From assembly GCA_937901455.1 (NCBI GenBank), contig CALDIA010000144.1:10504-74503 (forward strand): a stretch of DNA of 64,000 nucleotides. The letters run 5' to 3'. The position numbers were made by a program, and so were the translations under genes. Every line of letters begins with the position of its first letter. Position 1 is the first letter of the stretch. Of this stretch, positions 37,339 through 48,031 are shown piece after piece. The notes beneath the pieces were generated by a model. It was not told the DNA's origin. It saw only the letters and a program-made list of their open reading frames with translations, and ran no database searches. Origin of the DNA: an uncultured Bacteroidales bacterium. Its GTDB lineage: Bacteria; Bacteroidota; Bacteroidia; Bacteroidales; WCHB1-69.

Positions 37339-39768
37339 ATGAAAGAAATATTATTGTTGGATGAGATTATGAATAGTGAAGCGAATTTTATACCATTGTT
37401 CTCGTTGGAAGATGAAAGGAAGATCAGAGACGAGCAGGTGCCTGATGATGTGGCCCTGTTGCCTTTGAGAAATACCTTGCTGTTTCCAGGGATGGTGATA
37501 CCCATCAATGTAGGGCGTACCAAGTCGATACGGCTAGCTCAGGAATATGCCCACAAAAACGAGCCGATTGGTGTGATAGCCCAACGCACGAATGATGTCG
37601 AAGAGCCTACCATTGAAGATCTTTATAAGGTTGGTACATTGGCTCATATCCTTAAGTATATATCCATGCCCGATGGTGGTGTTACCATCATCGTGCAGGG
37701 GGTCAAACGTTTCAATGTGGAAGAACTTACACAGGTGGAACCTTATTTCAGATGCAGGGTTACCCCATTCCAAACCAATGACTTTGACTCCGATGTGCTG
37801 CAAGGTGAGACATTCCAGGCCACCCTCTCTTCTATCAAAGATGTGGCCAATCGCATGCTGCATGTCAGCAATAATATGCCCCGCGAGGCTGCATTTGCCT
37901 TGAAGAATATCGAAAGTCACGTCTTCCTGCTGAATTTTCTGGCTACGAACCTCTCTATTTCTGTGGAAGAGAAACAGAAGTTGTTGGAAGTGCCCGACAT
38001 CCAGCTCCGCGCCAATATGATTCTGTCGCATCTGCACCGCGACTTGCAAATGTTAGAGTTGAAAAGCCAGATTCAGGATAAGTCGCGTCGTGAGATGGAC
38101 AAGCAGCAGCGCGAGTATTTCCTGAACCAACAGATTAAGACTATACAGGAGGAGCTTGGCGGTTCCCCTATGGAAAAGGATTACCAGTCGTTGGTGGAGC
38201 GTGCTGAGAAGAAGAAATGGGATGAAGAGACAGCTAATCGTTTTTATAAGGAGTTGGAGAAGTTGCAGCGCACCAATGTGATGGCCCCCGATTATGCCAT
38301 CCAACTCAACTATCTGGATCTGTATGTGGAATTGCCTTGGAATGAATATAGCAAGGACAACTTCGATTTGGTCAAGGCACGAAAGATTCTGGATAAGGAT
38401 CATTATGGGCTATACAAAGTCAAGGACCGCATTTTGGAGCATCTGGCGGTTTTGTCTATGCGCAAGGACATGCGTGCGCCGATACTCTGTCTGGTTGGCC
38501 CTCCTGGAGTGGGTAAGACATCCTTGGGCCGCTCTATTGCCAACGCCATAGGTCGCAAGTATGTACGCATCTCTTTGGGTGGCTTGCGCGACGAGTCTGA
38601 GATTCGCGGTCATCGCAAGACCTACATTGGAGCCATGCCCGGTCGTATTGTACAGAATCTGCGCAAGGCTGGCTATGCCAACCCGGTGTTCGTGTTGGAC
38701 GAGATCGACAAGGTGATAGGCGCAAATGTGCAGGGAGACCCGTCCGCCGCCTTGCTTGAGGTAATGGATCCTGAACAGAACAGCACCTTCTACGATAACT
38801 ATTTAGAGACCTCCTTTGATCTCTCCAAGGTGCTCTTTATCGCCACGGCAAACTCGTTGTCGAGCATTCATCCGGCGCTGTTGGACAGAATGGAGATTAT
38901 TGAGCTGTCTGGCTATGTGGCTGAAGAAAAGGTGCAGATTGCCATGCATCATTTGATTCCCAAACAGCTTAAAGAACATGGGTTGAAAAAGCGCCAGCTT
39001 GAGTTTCCGGAGGATACGGTCAAGGAGATCATCCAATCGTACACGCGGGAGGCGGGGGTTCGTAACTTGGAACGCAATATCGCCAAGGTGATTCGGAAGC
39101 ATACGGTGGAGATTGTAAAGCACACTCCGCATCTGAAGAAGACTATTGACGTGTCCGACTTACAAGATCTGTTAGGTACACCTCCATACCTGTCCGACAA
39201 GCGGGTTGACCATACGGTACCTGGTGTTGCCACTGGTTTGGCATGGACTGCTGTAGGCGGCGAGATCCTATTCGTGGAGGCAGTTACCAGTCCTGGCAAG
39301 GAGGGCCTGACCATGACCGGACAGTTGGGCGAAGTGATGAAGGAGTCGGCTACTATTGCATACGAGTTCTTGAAAGCTCATGCCTCCGAGTATGGTATTG
39401 AGCCATCTGCCTTTGAGCAAAACAAGGTCCACGTACACGTTCCCGAAGGCGCCACTCCCAAGGATGGCCCTTCGGCAGGCATTACCATACTTACAGCGTT
39501 AGTCTCAGCGTTCACGAAAATTCCAGTTCGCGATGATATTGCTATGACGGGAGAGATTACCTTGCGTGGACAGATTCTGCCTGTAGGAGGCATCAAGGAC
39601 AAGATATTGGCCGCCAAACGTCAGCATATTGACCAGATTATATTGCCCGCTGAGAACAAAAAGGATATTGATGAGATAGAGGATGTCTATATCAAAGGCA
39701 TGCAATTCCACTATTTCTCTTCTATGCAGAAGGCCGTTTCGTTTAATTTTAAAGGACAATTTGAATAA
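37339..39768 (+). CDS. lon: ATP-dependent Lon protease
   Basis: LON N-domain [21 protein letters not shown], Walker [10 protein letters not shown] and catalytic [10 protein letters not shown]. The start is ATG 37339 or 37369; the track's TTG 37279 overlaps a -7 box. Confidence 0.9.
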   Translation: MKEILLLDEIMNSEANFIPLFSLEDERKIRDEQVPDDVALLPLRNTLLFPGMVIPINVGRTKSIRLAQEYAHKNEPIGVIAQRTNDVEEPTIEDLYKVGTLAHILKYISMPDGGVTIIVQGVKRFNVEELTQVEPYFRCRVTPFQTNDFDSDVLQGETFQATLSSIKDVANRMLHVSNNMPREAAFALKNIESHVFLLNFLATNLSISVEEKQKLLEVPDIQLRANMILSHLHRDLQMLELKSQIQDKSRREMDKQQREYFLNQQIKTIQEELGGSPMEKDYQSLVERAEKKKWDEETANRFYKELEKLQRTNVMAPDYAIQLNYLDLYVELPWNEYSKDNFDLVKARKILDKDHYGLYKVKDRILEHLAVLSMRKDMRAPILCLVGPPGVGKTSLGRSIANAIGRKYVRISLGGLRDESEIRGHRKTYIGAMPGRIVQNLRKAGYANPVFVLDEIDKVIGANVQGDPSAALLEVMDPEQNSTFYDNYLETSFDLSKVLFIATANSLSSIHPALLDRMEIIELSGYVAEEKVQIAMHHLIPKQLKEHGLKKRQLEFPEDTVKEIIQSYTREAGVRNLERNIAKVIRKHTVEIVKHTPHLKKTIDVSDLQDLLGTPPYLSDKRVDHTVPGVATGLAWTAVGGEILFVEAVTSPGKEGLTMTGQLGEVMKESATIAYEFLKAHASEYGIEPSAFEQNKVHVHVPEGATPKDGPSAGITILTALVSAFTKIPVRDDIAMTGEITLRGQILPVGGIKDKILAAKRQHIDQIILPAENKKDIDEIEDVYIKGMQFHYFSSMQKAVSFNFKGQFE

Positions 39769-40844
39769 TGGAGCGTTTTTTTCAATCAGCCTTGACGGAG
39801 CGAGAGGGGGTGGAACAGCCCGTGTCGGTGAACCCGAATCTGATTCGCAAAAAGCGTAAGGATTTGTCGGTGGATGACTATGTGGCAGGTATTCTTGGTG
39901 GAGATTGGATGGTGTTGAGCAGGGCAATTACCATGATAGAGAGTGCCAATGTGGCACACTTGCAGATGGCCCAGGATGTTATTGAGCGTTGTCTGCCCTA
40001 TGCGGGAAACTCTTTCCGTGTTGGCATCACAGGGGTCCCTGGCGTGGGGAAGAGCACGTTCATAGAGACTTTCGGCAATATGTTGACCGAGATGGGGCAC
40101 AAGGTGGCAGTGTTGGCAATCGATCCAAGTAGCGAGCGCTCCAAGGGTAGCATTTTGGGAGACAAGACGCGAATGGAGACACTCTCCGTCAATCCGAAAG
40201 CCTTTATACGCCCGTCACCGTCTGGGAGTACCCTGGGCGGGGTTGCACGCAAAACTCGCGAATCCATCATTCTTTGCGAAGCCTCCGGCTATGACATCAT
40301 CATTGTGGAAACCGTGGGCGTTGGACAGTCTGAAACAGCTGTCAAGTCAATGGTGGACTTTTTTCTCCTATTGATGCTTGCTGGCGCGGGCGATGAACTG
40401 CAAGGCATTAAACGCGGTATCATGGAGATGGCTGATGCACTGGTCATTAATAAGGCTGATGGTGACAACAAACGTAAGGCAATTCAGGCCCAATCACAAT
40501 ATAAAGCAGCCCTGAAATTATTTCCCCAGCCAGAAAGCCAATGGACAGTGCCTGTGGAGGTGTGCTCTGCCCTCGAAAATGTGGCTGTGGACAAAGTATG
40601 GGAGATTATGACCCGTTATGAGACCCATACCAAAGGCAATGGCTTTTTTGAACGGAACAGAACCAACCAATTGGTCAATATCTTCTACAATTGGATACAG
40701 TTCACTCTCCAGAACAATTTCTATAACCGAACCTTTACCCAACAGGAGATAGAACGCCTATTGCCCTTGATACGTCTCCGCAAAATCTCTCCCTACAAAG
40801 CCGCTACTCTGTTGATAGACGAAGTCGCCAAGACTACTGACTGA
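39768..40844 (+). CDS. meaB: MeaB/ArgK-family G3E GTPase (methylmalonyl-CoA mutase chaperone type)
   Basis: GITGVPGVGKST, ETVGVGQSE and INKADG motifs. It overlaps lon by 1 nt (TAATG). Confidence 0.85.
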   Translation: MERFFQSALTEREGVEQPVSVNPNLIRKKRKDLSVDDYVAGILGGDWMVLSRAITMIESANVAHLQMAQDVIERCLPYAGNSFRVGITGVPGVGKSTFIETFGNMLTEMGHKVAVLAIDPSSERSKGSILGDKTRMETLSVNPKAFIRPSPSGSTLGGVARKTRESIILCEASGYDIIIVETVGVGQSETAVKSMVDFFLLLMLAGAGDELQGIKRGIMEMADALVINKADGDNKRKAIQAQSQYKAALKLFPQPESQWTVPVEVCSALENVAVDKVWEIMTRYETHTKGNGFFERNRTNQLVNIFYNWIQFTLQNNFYNRTFTQQEIERLLPLIRLRKISPYKAATLLIDEVAKTTD

Positions 40845-43635
40845 AAATGTCAGCCGAATTTGCCGGCGCAGAGGTGTTTCCTGCTTCGTCCAAACACCTG
40901 ACATAGATTTTGCAAGAAATACTTCCTATAGGAATGGACGAGTTGCGGGGTATAGATGTGTCGCTGATTTTGTGCCACTCATCCTTTAGACAGTATCTCC
41001 TTGAAGTCAATAGCAGTTTATATTCATAATGGGAGACTCCAGATTCGTTGTCTATGCTTGACAACCAACTGCAAGTAATGGGAATGTTAGCTTCTCGATT
41101 TGTTTGCTGTCCATAAATGGTTGCAATGACTTCTGAGGGAGCGGATGGCGGTGTGTAGTCAATCCGCATCGGTTTCTCAATTATGGCTGAAAACAGGTTT
41201 GCTTGGTCAACTACAACCGATTTTACTTTGCATTGTGCCATACCATGCAGGGCTTGAGTTCGTATCATGCAGGTGTCAGCGGGTCCAACGGTAATATGCA
41301 TGCTATCGGACCTGCCTGCATATACGCGCATGTTGTCAATGCTTATGCCCGCCTGCCCCATAAAGGCTATGAGGCTGCTATGGTGGCATAAGAAGGTATC
41401 CGTAATTCCTCCTAAAAGCTGCTGGCCATGTCGGAAGAGAAATACTTTGTGGTTGTCCTTGTCCCAAATGACCCGATATAGATAGGCGGTGTTTTGGCTG
41501 ATATAGATGTTTTGCGATTTTGCCAATAGCGAAAGTACACCATTGCTAATCTGATACAATGCTATTGTATTGCTGCTTCTGACAAAACGTATTTCAAAGC
41601 CGCTTCCAGTCAATAGGTCTGCATTGTCAGGCAAATGGAAGAAAAAGGAACAACTGTCGGTTTGACCCATGTTCAAATAAAAGTCGTATAGATACGCATT
41701 AGAAGTGCTGTCATGATGGCGGGCGAAGATACGGTGATAAGTGGTAGGGTCGTCGTCTGCGCAGGTCAGTCGCTGTGTCACAATATCCCAACTCCCATCA
41801 CTTATCCAAGTGGAAGAGTCCAAAATATTGTCAAAGTTGTCACAAAGGAACCCCCACTTCGGGGTTGCATGCCATCCCAGAGGTCCCTTTTCCATGATTT
41901 GCCAAAATCTGTACGCCACGCCATGGTCGTCACTATCTTGAAATAGGAGGTCAAAGTCGCGCGTAATCCAAAGTGAATCATCCAATAGTATTTCCGTTTG
42001 AGGTGCCGTAGTGTCGATTATGGGATTTTGACTTTGCTGTTGGAAAGCGTTCCAATGGGCAGCCCAGCCCGCCTTGTTTGTGGCGCAGTCTGATCGAAAT
42101 TCCACCAGTAGTGAAGGTCCCGAGGAGACAATGCGCCCCGGAGGGGTGCTACTCCACCGTCCTATTAAGGATTCGGATGGCGAATTTCCATCAAATACCC
42201 AAAGAAAATCGTAGTCCGCTTCCACATCCCAAAGGTCGAACATCAACTCAATGCTGTCGGCATCCGCACAGTTGATGAGAATATATTGATGCTCATCAGC
42301 CCCATAATCACCATTGGGTCCTCCAGAGTCGTAAAATGTCCCCGAAGAGCTCGTTTCAGTGGAGGTCGGAGTCTCTACATTGATTAACCGATAGTAGAGG
42401 TTCCAGTTCCAATATGGGCCAGGATCGGTGTGCGATTGGTTTGGGTAATGCTGGTGCCCACGTATCTGTGTGCAAGCTCCCGCACCACCCAAGTTGTGTA
42501 CACCTGCATTGAGCACCGTGCCGTCAGCTAACGTGTCGCGGTAAAAGACACGCTTTGGAGAAATGTTGGGGCGTCTGGAACAGATGTCCCGGATCAATAG
42601 GGCCGAAGACTTGTACATGGTGTCGGTAAAAAAGCTTGCAATGTTGCCGTAAGCTTCGTGTTCAATGCCAATCGTGTACCCATTTGCGCTGCCCACATGC
42701 CATGCTTTGTCCGATTCTCGTACCATTTGCGTGACTTGGCCATCAGAAGAGCGAATGATATAGTGCGCCGACACCATTGCACTGCAGTTCTGAAACCATG
42801 CCAATGTCCCTGCGTAAGTGCCCTGTGTGTAGTGAATCGTGATGTTGCTGATGGCAGCGTTGCCTCTCCCCACTGTATAGTTGCAGCTGCTGGCCGCGAG
42901 CCATGTTGCTGATGAATAGTCTGTGATGCCCTGAATCTCTTTCGAACGCTCAGATAAAGAGACCTGCCCGGCCCTCAACATTGGTAACATATCGCCAAAC
43001 AGCGCCTCAAAGTTCACTGAATAGATACATTGCACATATGGTGTCATGGAAGTATCTGAAAGAAAACGATAAATCTCATATAAAAAGCAGTTTAATGGGT
43101 AGTTGTCTTGCCAGGAAGTGGGCACCTGCGTGTATGGCAGCTCCGACAGAGCTATAAAGATGGGTTTATAGGCCTCAATTTCTTTTGCATAACATTGATA
43201 TCGCTCTTGCAAAGTGGAAAAAGCCTCCGCGTAGGCGAGTATCGCTGCACGCGGACTGGCCAGCATTTCCGATGCTGTGAAGGATGATAAGGAGTCAATC
43301 AGTTTCAAGTTCTCCCTAAATACACCTTTCCCGTCAATGGTTAGCCCCATAACCGTGTGATTGCGAGGAATGGTGTGATCGCAATCGTCATAATCGGGCT
43401 CAACCGTTGAAAAACGACGGTACTGATACGAAATGGCCTCTAAACATCCCCGTGGTAAAGATGGGTGCAAAGCGTAAGCCTCTTCAAAGAAATGTTGTAC
43501 TTTCAGGTAGTCATCCCTCAGGAGCGTTGGTTCGCTGAAACGCGGAGAAGGAACAGATTGTGCAGATAACACAAATGTTAGCAGGCAAAAGGCCATTAGA
43601 TGGATGAGTTTAATGTTAGATGGTTGAGTGTACAT
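40834..43635 (-). CDS. Large secreted N-acetylmuramoyl-L-alanine amidase (Amidase_2/PGRP-type) protein with a CUB-like domain and a long C-terminal region of unknown function
   Basis: VSAHYIIRSSDGQVTQMVRESDKAWHVGSANGYTIGIEHE. CUB-like module GTFYDSGGPNGDY...DFLWVFDG. Start trimmed to ATG 43635 because a -7 box at 43666..43673 covers the track's TTG start. Confidence 0.75.
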   Translation of the reverse strand: MYTQPSNIKLIHLMAFCLLTFVLSAQSVPSPRFSEPTLLRDDYLKVQHFFEEAYALHPSLPRGCLEAISYQYRRFSTVEPDYDDCDHTIPRNHTVMGLTIDGKGVFRENLKLIDSLSSFTASEMLASPRAAILAYAEAFSTLQERYQCYAKEIEAYKPIFIALSELPYTQVPTSWQDNYPLNCFLYEIYRFLSDTSMTPYVQCIYSVNFEALFGDMLPMLRAGQVSLSERSKEIQGITDYSSATWLAASSCNYTVGRGNAAISNITIHYTQGTYAGTLAWFQNCSAMVSAHYIIRSSDGQVTQMVRESDKAWHVGSANGYTIGIEHEAYGNIASFFTDTMYKSSALLIRDICSRRPNISPKRVFYRDTLADGTVLNAGVHNLGGAGACTQIRGHQHYPNQSHTDPGPYWNWNLYYRLINVETPTSTETSSSGTFYDSGGPNGDYGADEHQYILINCADADSIELMFDLWDVEADYDFLWVFDGNSPSESLIGRWSSTPPGRIVSSGPSLLVEFRSDCATNKAGWAAHWNAFQQQSQNPIIDTTAPQTEILLDDSLWITRDFDLLFQDSDDHGVAYRFWQIMEKGPLGWHATPKWGFLCDNFDNILDSSTWISDGSWDIVTQRLTCADDDPTTYHRIFARHHDSTSNAYLYDFYLNMGQTDSCSFFFHLPDNADLLTGSGFEIRFVRSSNTIALYQISNGVLSLLAKSQNIYISQNTAYLYRVIWDKDNHKVFLFRHGQQLLGGITDTFLCHHSSLIAFMGQAGISIDNMRVYAGRSDSMHITVGPADTCMIRTQALHGMAQCKVKSVVVDQANLFSAIIEKPMRIDYTPPSAPSEVIATIYGQQTNREANIPITCSWLSSIDNESGVSHYEYKLLLTSRRYCLKDEWHKISDTSIPRNSSIPIGSISCKIYVRCLDEAGNTSAPANSADIFSQ

Positions 43636-43665
43636 GGGTGTTGTTTTTGTCTTGTTAGTTGGGCG

Positions 43666-43673
43666 CAAAAATA
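43666..43673 (-). promoter_or_regulatory. -7 box TATTTTTG for the amidase gene
   Basis: Motif lies 31 nt upstream of ATG 43635. Confidence 0.45.
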
Positions 43674-43797
43674 CATAATTTTAGCACGATTGTCAATAGG
43701 TTAATTATAATTTTATGAATAATTAACAAACAGCAAATATTCTGGTGTGGTGCTACTCGGAATGGTATAATATGATATATATGTAGTTTTTTTTGTT

Positions 43798-43805
43798 TAT
43801 TTTTG
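43798..43805 (+). promoter_or_regulatory. -7 box TATTTTTG for udk
   Basis: Motif lies 42 nt upstream of ATG 43847. Confidence 0.45.
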
Positions 43806-43846
43806 CCACAACAAATTTGAAGATTGCAATCTAAAATCTTGGAAGT

Positions 43847-44467
43847 ATGTTAGTAGTCGGAATTGCTGGAGGTTCTGGTTCTGGGAAAACCTCCATTGTC
43901 AATAAAATTATTGAAAAGTTCCCTCAGGAGCATGTGAGTGTTTTGTCGCAGGATGCCTATTATAAAGATAATGGACATCTTACGCAAGAGGAAAAAGAGA
44001 ATTTCAACTTTGATCATCCATCGGCGATTGAGTTTGCCCTGTTGAACAATCATATACAGGCGCTCAAGTCTGGACATACGATTCAGATGCCCACCTATTC
44101 ATACGTCACGTGCGCTCGTGGGGAGGAGACGATTCCAGTGAAACCGAGCGACGTTCTGATTGTAGAGGGTATATTGATATTCACGAACCAGGCGTTATGT
44201 GAATTGCTGGATTTGAAGGTGTTTGTGGATACAGATGCAGATGAGCGATTGATACGCATTATCCAACGCGATGTTCAACAACGCGGCCGAGGCCTCGACA
44301 AATCTATTCGGCATTACAAGAACTTTGTAAAGCCGATGCACGAACTGTTCATTGAGCCTACCAAACGTCAGGCAGACATTATTATTCCTGTAGGTGGGGA
44401 AAATGAAAGAGGAATTGACATACTGACCACTAAGATTCAACATGTAATTGAGCGGGGTGGTCACTAA
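43847..44467 (+). CDS. udk: Uridine kinase
   Basis: VGIAGGSGSGKTS P-loop, NFDHPSA and ERLIRIIQRD. Confidence 0.9.
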   Translation: MLVVGIAGGSGSGKTSIVNKIIEKFPQEHVSVLSQDAYYKDNGHLTQEEKENFNFDHPSAIEFALLNNHIQALKSGHTIQMPTYSYVTCARGEETIPVKPSDVLIVEGILIFTNQALCELLDLKVFVDTDADERLIRIIQRDVQQRGRGLDKSIRHYKNFVKPMHELFIEPTKRQADIIIPVGGENERGIDILTTKIQHVIERGGH

Positions 44468-45745
44468 TTAGGTTTTCTGTTCCTGTTTTTTTGCAGCGGG
44501 GAATAGCACATTGTTCAAGATGAGTCGATAACCTGCCGAGTTTGGGAATAGGTCCAAGTTGGTGGCGGGGTCATTGATAAGGTGCTGATAGTCTTCAGGA
44601 TCGTGTCCAGAGTAGAATGTCCAGGTGCCTTGTCCAAACTCTCCGTGAATGTAGCGTGCCTCGTTGAACAATTGGGTCTCGCCCATGATGGTGACGGTGG
44701 GCTTGATGAGATCCTTACGGAAAGCAGTGGTTTGGCCCATAAAGCCGGGAATGACGCTCATGTGGTTTTGACAAAGCATGGTGGGTACGGGATCCCACTT
44801 GGCGGAAAATTCAAAGAGGGTGAAGAAGTCATTCGACTTATTGGTCAGGTGCGTGGTGGGGTCCACATCAATGTCGGATACTTCATACACATAAGGGTTT
44901 GTCTCGATTTTGAAGTCGGTGAAGGCGAAGCAATTGTCATAGTTGAGTTTGCTTTGGGCCTGAGGGTCCATGGGGTCTCCATCGAACATGACATCGCAGA
45001 TGTCCACACCGTCGGCGGCCAACGCGATGTCGAAGCTATCGGGTCCCGAGCACATGGCGAAGAGATATCCTCCGCCTGCCACGAAGTTGCGGATGCCCTT
45101 GGCAACTGCCAGCTTCATGTCAGAAACCTTGGCAAATCCCAATTGCGCGGCGCGACTCTCATTCTCTTGCACATCCAGCACGTACCATTGCGCACTCCTA
45201 TAGTGTGCCCAAAACTTGCCATATTGTCCCGTGAAGTCTTCGTGATGAAGGTGCAGCCAGTCGTACTTGGGCAGTTCACCATGTATGACCTCTTCATCAT
45301 AGATCACCGTATAGGGAATCTCCGCATAGGTAAGCACCAACGTGACAGCATCATCCCAAGGCAACTTGTTCTTCGGTGAATAGACGGCAATTTTCGGCTC
45401 CTTGGTCAGACGGATCTCATTCATGTTGTTCTCCACAGCGGCAATCTCATTCAGGATTTGTTGGGCAGCCAAATCAGCAATCACTTGGTAGGAGACGCCA
45501 CGCACCACGCATTCATTCTCTACATCACTGTTGTAGGCACACATAAAGCTGCCTCCCCGGTAGTTAAGCAACCAACTCATGTCTATCTGATGGGCCACCG
45601 CATAGTAGGCAATTCCGTACGCCTTTAAATGGTTGCTCTGGTCCATGTCCATGGGGATAAACAGATAAGAGGCCTGTGCACTGAAAATACCCTGTAATGT
45701 GAGCAGGATTATGATTAATAGCTTTTTAATGTTTGTAATGTTCAT
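44468..45745 (-). CDS. Exported protein with a class-I glutamine-amidotransferase-like (DJ-1/ThuA-like) core, function unknown
   Basis: Signal peptide MNITNIKKLLIIILLTLQGIFSAQA. It carries KIAVYSP...DWLHLHHEDFTGQ...GGGYLFAMCSGP (nucleophile-elbow-like). Its start overlaps the upstream gene by 4 nt (ATGA). Confidence 0.6.
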   Translation of the reverse strand: MNITNIKKLLIIILLTLQGIFSAQASYLFIPMDMDQSNHLKAYGIAYYAVAHQIDMSWLLNYRGGSFMCAYNSDVENECVVRGVSYQVIADLAAQQILNEIAAVENNMNEIRLTKEPKIAVYSPKNKLPWDDAVTLVLTYAEIPYTVIYDEEVIHGELPKYDWLHLHHEDFTGQYGKFWAHYRSAQWYVLDVQENESRAAQLGFAKVSDMKLAVAKGIRNFVAGGGYLFAMCSGPDSFDIALAADGVDICDVMFDGDPMDPQAQSKLNYDNCFAFTDFKIETNPYVYEVSDIDVDPTTHLTNKSNDFFTLFEFSAKWDPVPTMLCQNHMSVIPGFMGQTTAFRKDLIKPTVTIMGETQLFNEARYIHGEFGQGTWTFYSGHDPEDYQHLINDPATNLDLFPNSAGYRLILNNVLFPAAKKQEQKT

Positions 45746-46530
45746 CTTCTGATTGAGAGTTTTGTTATGCTTCCATCGAAACGCATGATATACCAATTGC
45801 TTAGAACTTTAGAGAATGACTGTATATGATCAACTCCAAACACTGGTTGTGGCGACCACATGGCTGTCATGTTGTTGGCAAAAATCTGCCGTTGTTTAAG
45901 AAAATAGAGGGTGTTGTTTTGCAGGAGCATGTCTTCGATACCCATCACAGGAATCACTTTGACGAAAGATGCGAAGCGGTCAAAAACGTAGATGCCGCTC
46001 AAGGAGTCGCAAAGATAGAGGTACTCAAAACTGGGATCGGCAACCATGAGTTGCGGCTGTATGGCGTTGGAAAAATTGCAGTTGGTGGTACTTTTTTGCT
46101 TCAGGTCCAAATCGATAAGGTGAATCTGTTGGCTCGTCTCATCGTAACAAGCTATCCGATTAGCCCCAAAAACAGTTACCAAAGAAGGCGTTTGAATACT
46201 CTCATCGTACAAGTTGATGGAACCGATAGGACTTAGTTTGTTGTTTAACAACACAATGGAGTTGTCCTCTTTGTAGAATACCACAATCTTGGTGGGCATG
46301 GAGGCGTCCACACGCTCAATGTTGCCCAATGTTGGGTCATTAAAATGAAAACGCAGTTTGCCTGACGCATCATACATGTCAATGCCATCGTTTTTCCAAC
46401 AATACAGGTTTTCTTGGATGTCGGTGGTGAAGGCGTCGTAGGTTTTAGACAATATTAAAGGTCTCCCTTGCGCTAAGGCGTTAAGGGAGACTATGATGAG
46501 TATATATGTGCTGATCAGATGATGCCGCAT
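45742..46530 (-). CDS. Exported hypothetical protein (repetitive beta-strand-rich, possibly propeller-like)
   Basis: Signal peptide MRHHLISTYILIIVSLNALAQG. It lies 5 nt downstream of the barrel gene. Confidence 0.6.
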   Translation of the reverse strand: MRHHLISTYILIIVSLNALAQGRPLILSKTYDAFTTDIQENLYCWKNDGIDMYDASGKLRFHFNDPTLGNIERVDASMPTKIVVFYKEDNSIVLLNNKLSPIGSINLYDESIQTPSLVTVFGANRIACYDETSQQIHLIDLDLKQKSTTNCNFSNAIQPQLMVADPSFEYLYLCDSLSGIYVFDRFASFVKVIPVMGIEDMLLQNNTLYFLKQRQIFANNMTAMWSPQPVFGVDHIQSFSKVLSNWYIMRFDGSITKLSIRR

Positions 46531-46535
46531 CTTGG

Positions 46536-47981
46536 TTAGAATTTGAATCCCAAGGTGGCGATTACTCTGTGGTATGTGTGGTTAATGTGTGCGGGATCCA
46601 CATAGTTGTTACCATTTCTGTATAACCAATAGTCGTCCTTGGAGAATCCAAACACATAGGCCATGTCAAAGAAGACACGTTTTGAACGAATGCCAAAGCC
46701 GGCGGAAGCGTAGTGGGCACTGGCCAACTTTTTGCTGTCTTCCAACTTGTATGGAGAGGTTATGAAGTTATAGCCTGCGCGCAGATAGAGCAATTGTGTC
46801 AGGGCGACCTCACCGCCCAAGCGGAAGGAGTGGCTGAGACCATATTTGTTGACAATGTCCTCATTCTCCGTGTTGAAACTGTAGTCGTCGGCAGATAGTT
46901 TTGCCAAGGAGTAATCGGTGAGCTCATACTCTGCCGATACAAAAGCTCTTTTCTTGATGATGAAAGCAGCGCTGAGGTTAGCTTTCAAAGGCGTGGTGAG
47001 CGCAAAACGATAGTTGTTTTCGTATTCTGAGAACTCATCAGTGTTATCTGTCCAGTTGGAAGTAAAGGAGCGATAATAGTAGTCTTTGATATTCCAGAAG
47101 AAGGTGGGGGTTTGGAACCCTAAGCCAAATCTGAAGAAGGAAACCGGTTGGTAAATCAAGCCCATCTTGAAGTTGATGCCCGAACCAGTGTTGTGTTGTT
47201 TGGTCATCACAGTATAATCAGTAATGCCGGATAAAGGCTGACCATCGGCGGCACTTTCGTTGAAGGTGGTCCGTTGGGTAATGTCCAGAATCGGAAACCC
47301 GAGGCCTGCACCGATAAAGAGTTGGTCGTTATAGTTGCCGCCAAAGTTGATGGTGATCTCATCTATTGCGCCTGAAGTAGTCACCGTGGCTTTTTGATAG
47401 AGATCCTTATTGTGAAATGGACTCCAATACATGGAACTGTTGCCAGGGATGGTGTCCAACACCCATGTGTCGAAAGCTAACTGTGCATCAAGACCTAAAG
47501 AGGCAGAGTTGTTGGCAGATGCTAACAATGGGTCTGTGAATGAGGAGTTGGTTACGCCTTCAATACCTACGGAATTGTTGTAGTCTTTCAGGCGATTATA
47601 GCCAAAGCCAAAGTGCCAATAGCGCCAGCGTGACTCCTCTTTTAAAATCTGGGAGCTGATGACAAGACCCACTTGAGGAACTGCATATTTCATCTTTTTG
47701 CTGATGCGTTCACCGCCATTATAGTTGGTTTCGTTTTCATGGATGGACAGAGACATAGGGGTGAACGATAATTCTGATTTTTTGAAGAGTCCGATGGCGG
47801 CAGGGTTGCTGATCAGGGAGGAAAAATCACCACCCACAGCACCAAAGGCACGTCCGGCACCCATATATCTGGCGGTTCCTACGTAGTCTGTCTGGGAAAA
47901 AAGGAATGCTTCATAATCATTTTGGCCTATCAATGCATAGGATATGCACAAACTGATGGCGATAAAAAGGATTTTTTTCAT
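46536..47981 (-). CDS. Outer-membrane beta-barrel protein, FadL/PorV-like
   Basis: Signal peptide, N-terminal plug-like motif YMGAGRAFGAVGGDFSSLISNPAAIG, alternating amphipathic strands and a terminal F (ATLGFKF). Confidence 0.7.
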   Translation of the reverse strand: MKKILFIAISLCISYALIGQNDYEAFLFSQTDYVGTARYMGAGRAFGAVGGDFSSLISNPAAIGLFKKSELSFTPMSLSIHENETNYNGGERISKKMKYAVPQVGLVISSQILKEESRWRYWHFGFGYNRLKDYNNSVGIEGVTNSSFTDPLLASANNSASLGLDAQLAFDTWVLDTIPGNSSMYWSPFHNKDLYQKATVTTSGAIDEITINFGGNYNDQLFIGAGLGFPILDITQRTTFNESAADGQPLSGITDYTVMTKQHNTGSGINFKMGLIYQPVSFFRFGLGFQTPTFFWNIKDYYYRSFTSNWTDNTDEFSEYENNYRFALTTPLKANLSAAFIIKKRAFVSAEYELTDYSLAKLSADDYSFNTENEDIVNKYGLSHSFRLGGEVALTQLLYLRAGYNFITSPYKLEDSKKLASAHYASAGFGIRSKRVFFDMAYVFGFSKDDYWLYRNGNNYVDPAHINHTYHRVIATLGFKF

Positions 47982-48031
47982 TTCTTTATAACTTTTTTGT
48001 TGGAAATTCAGTTTTATGATGTGAATATTGT

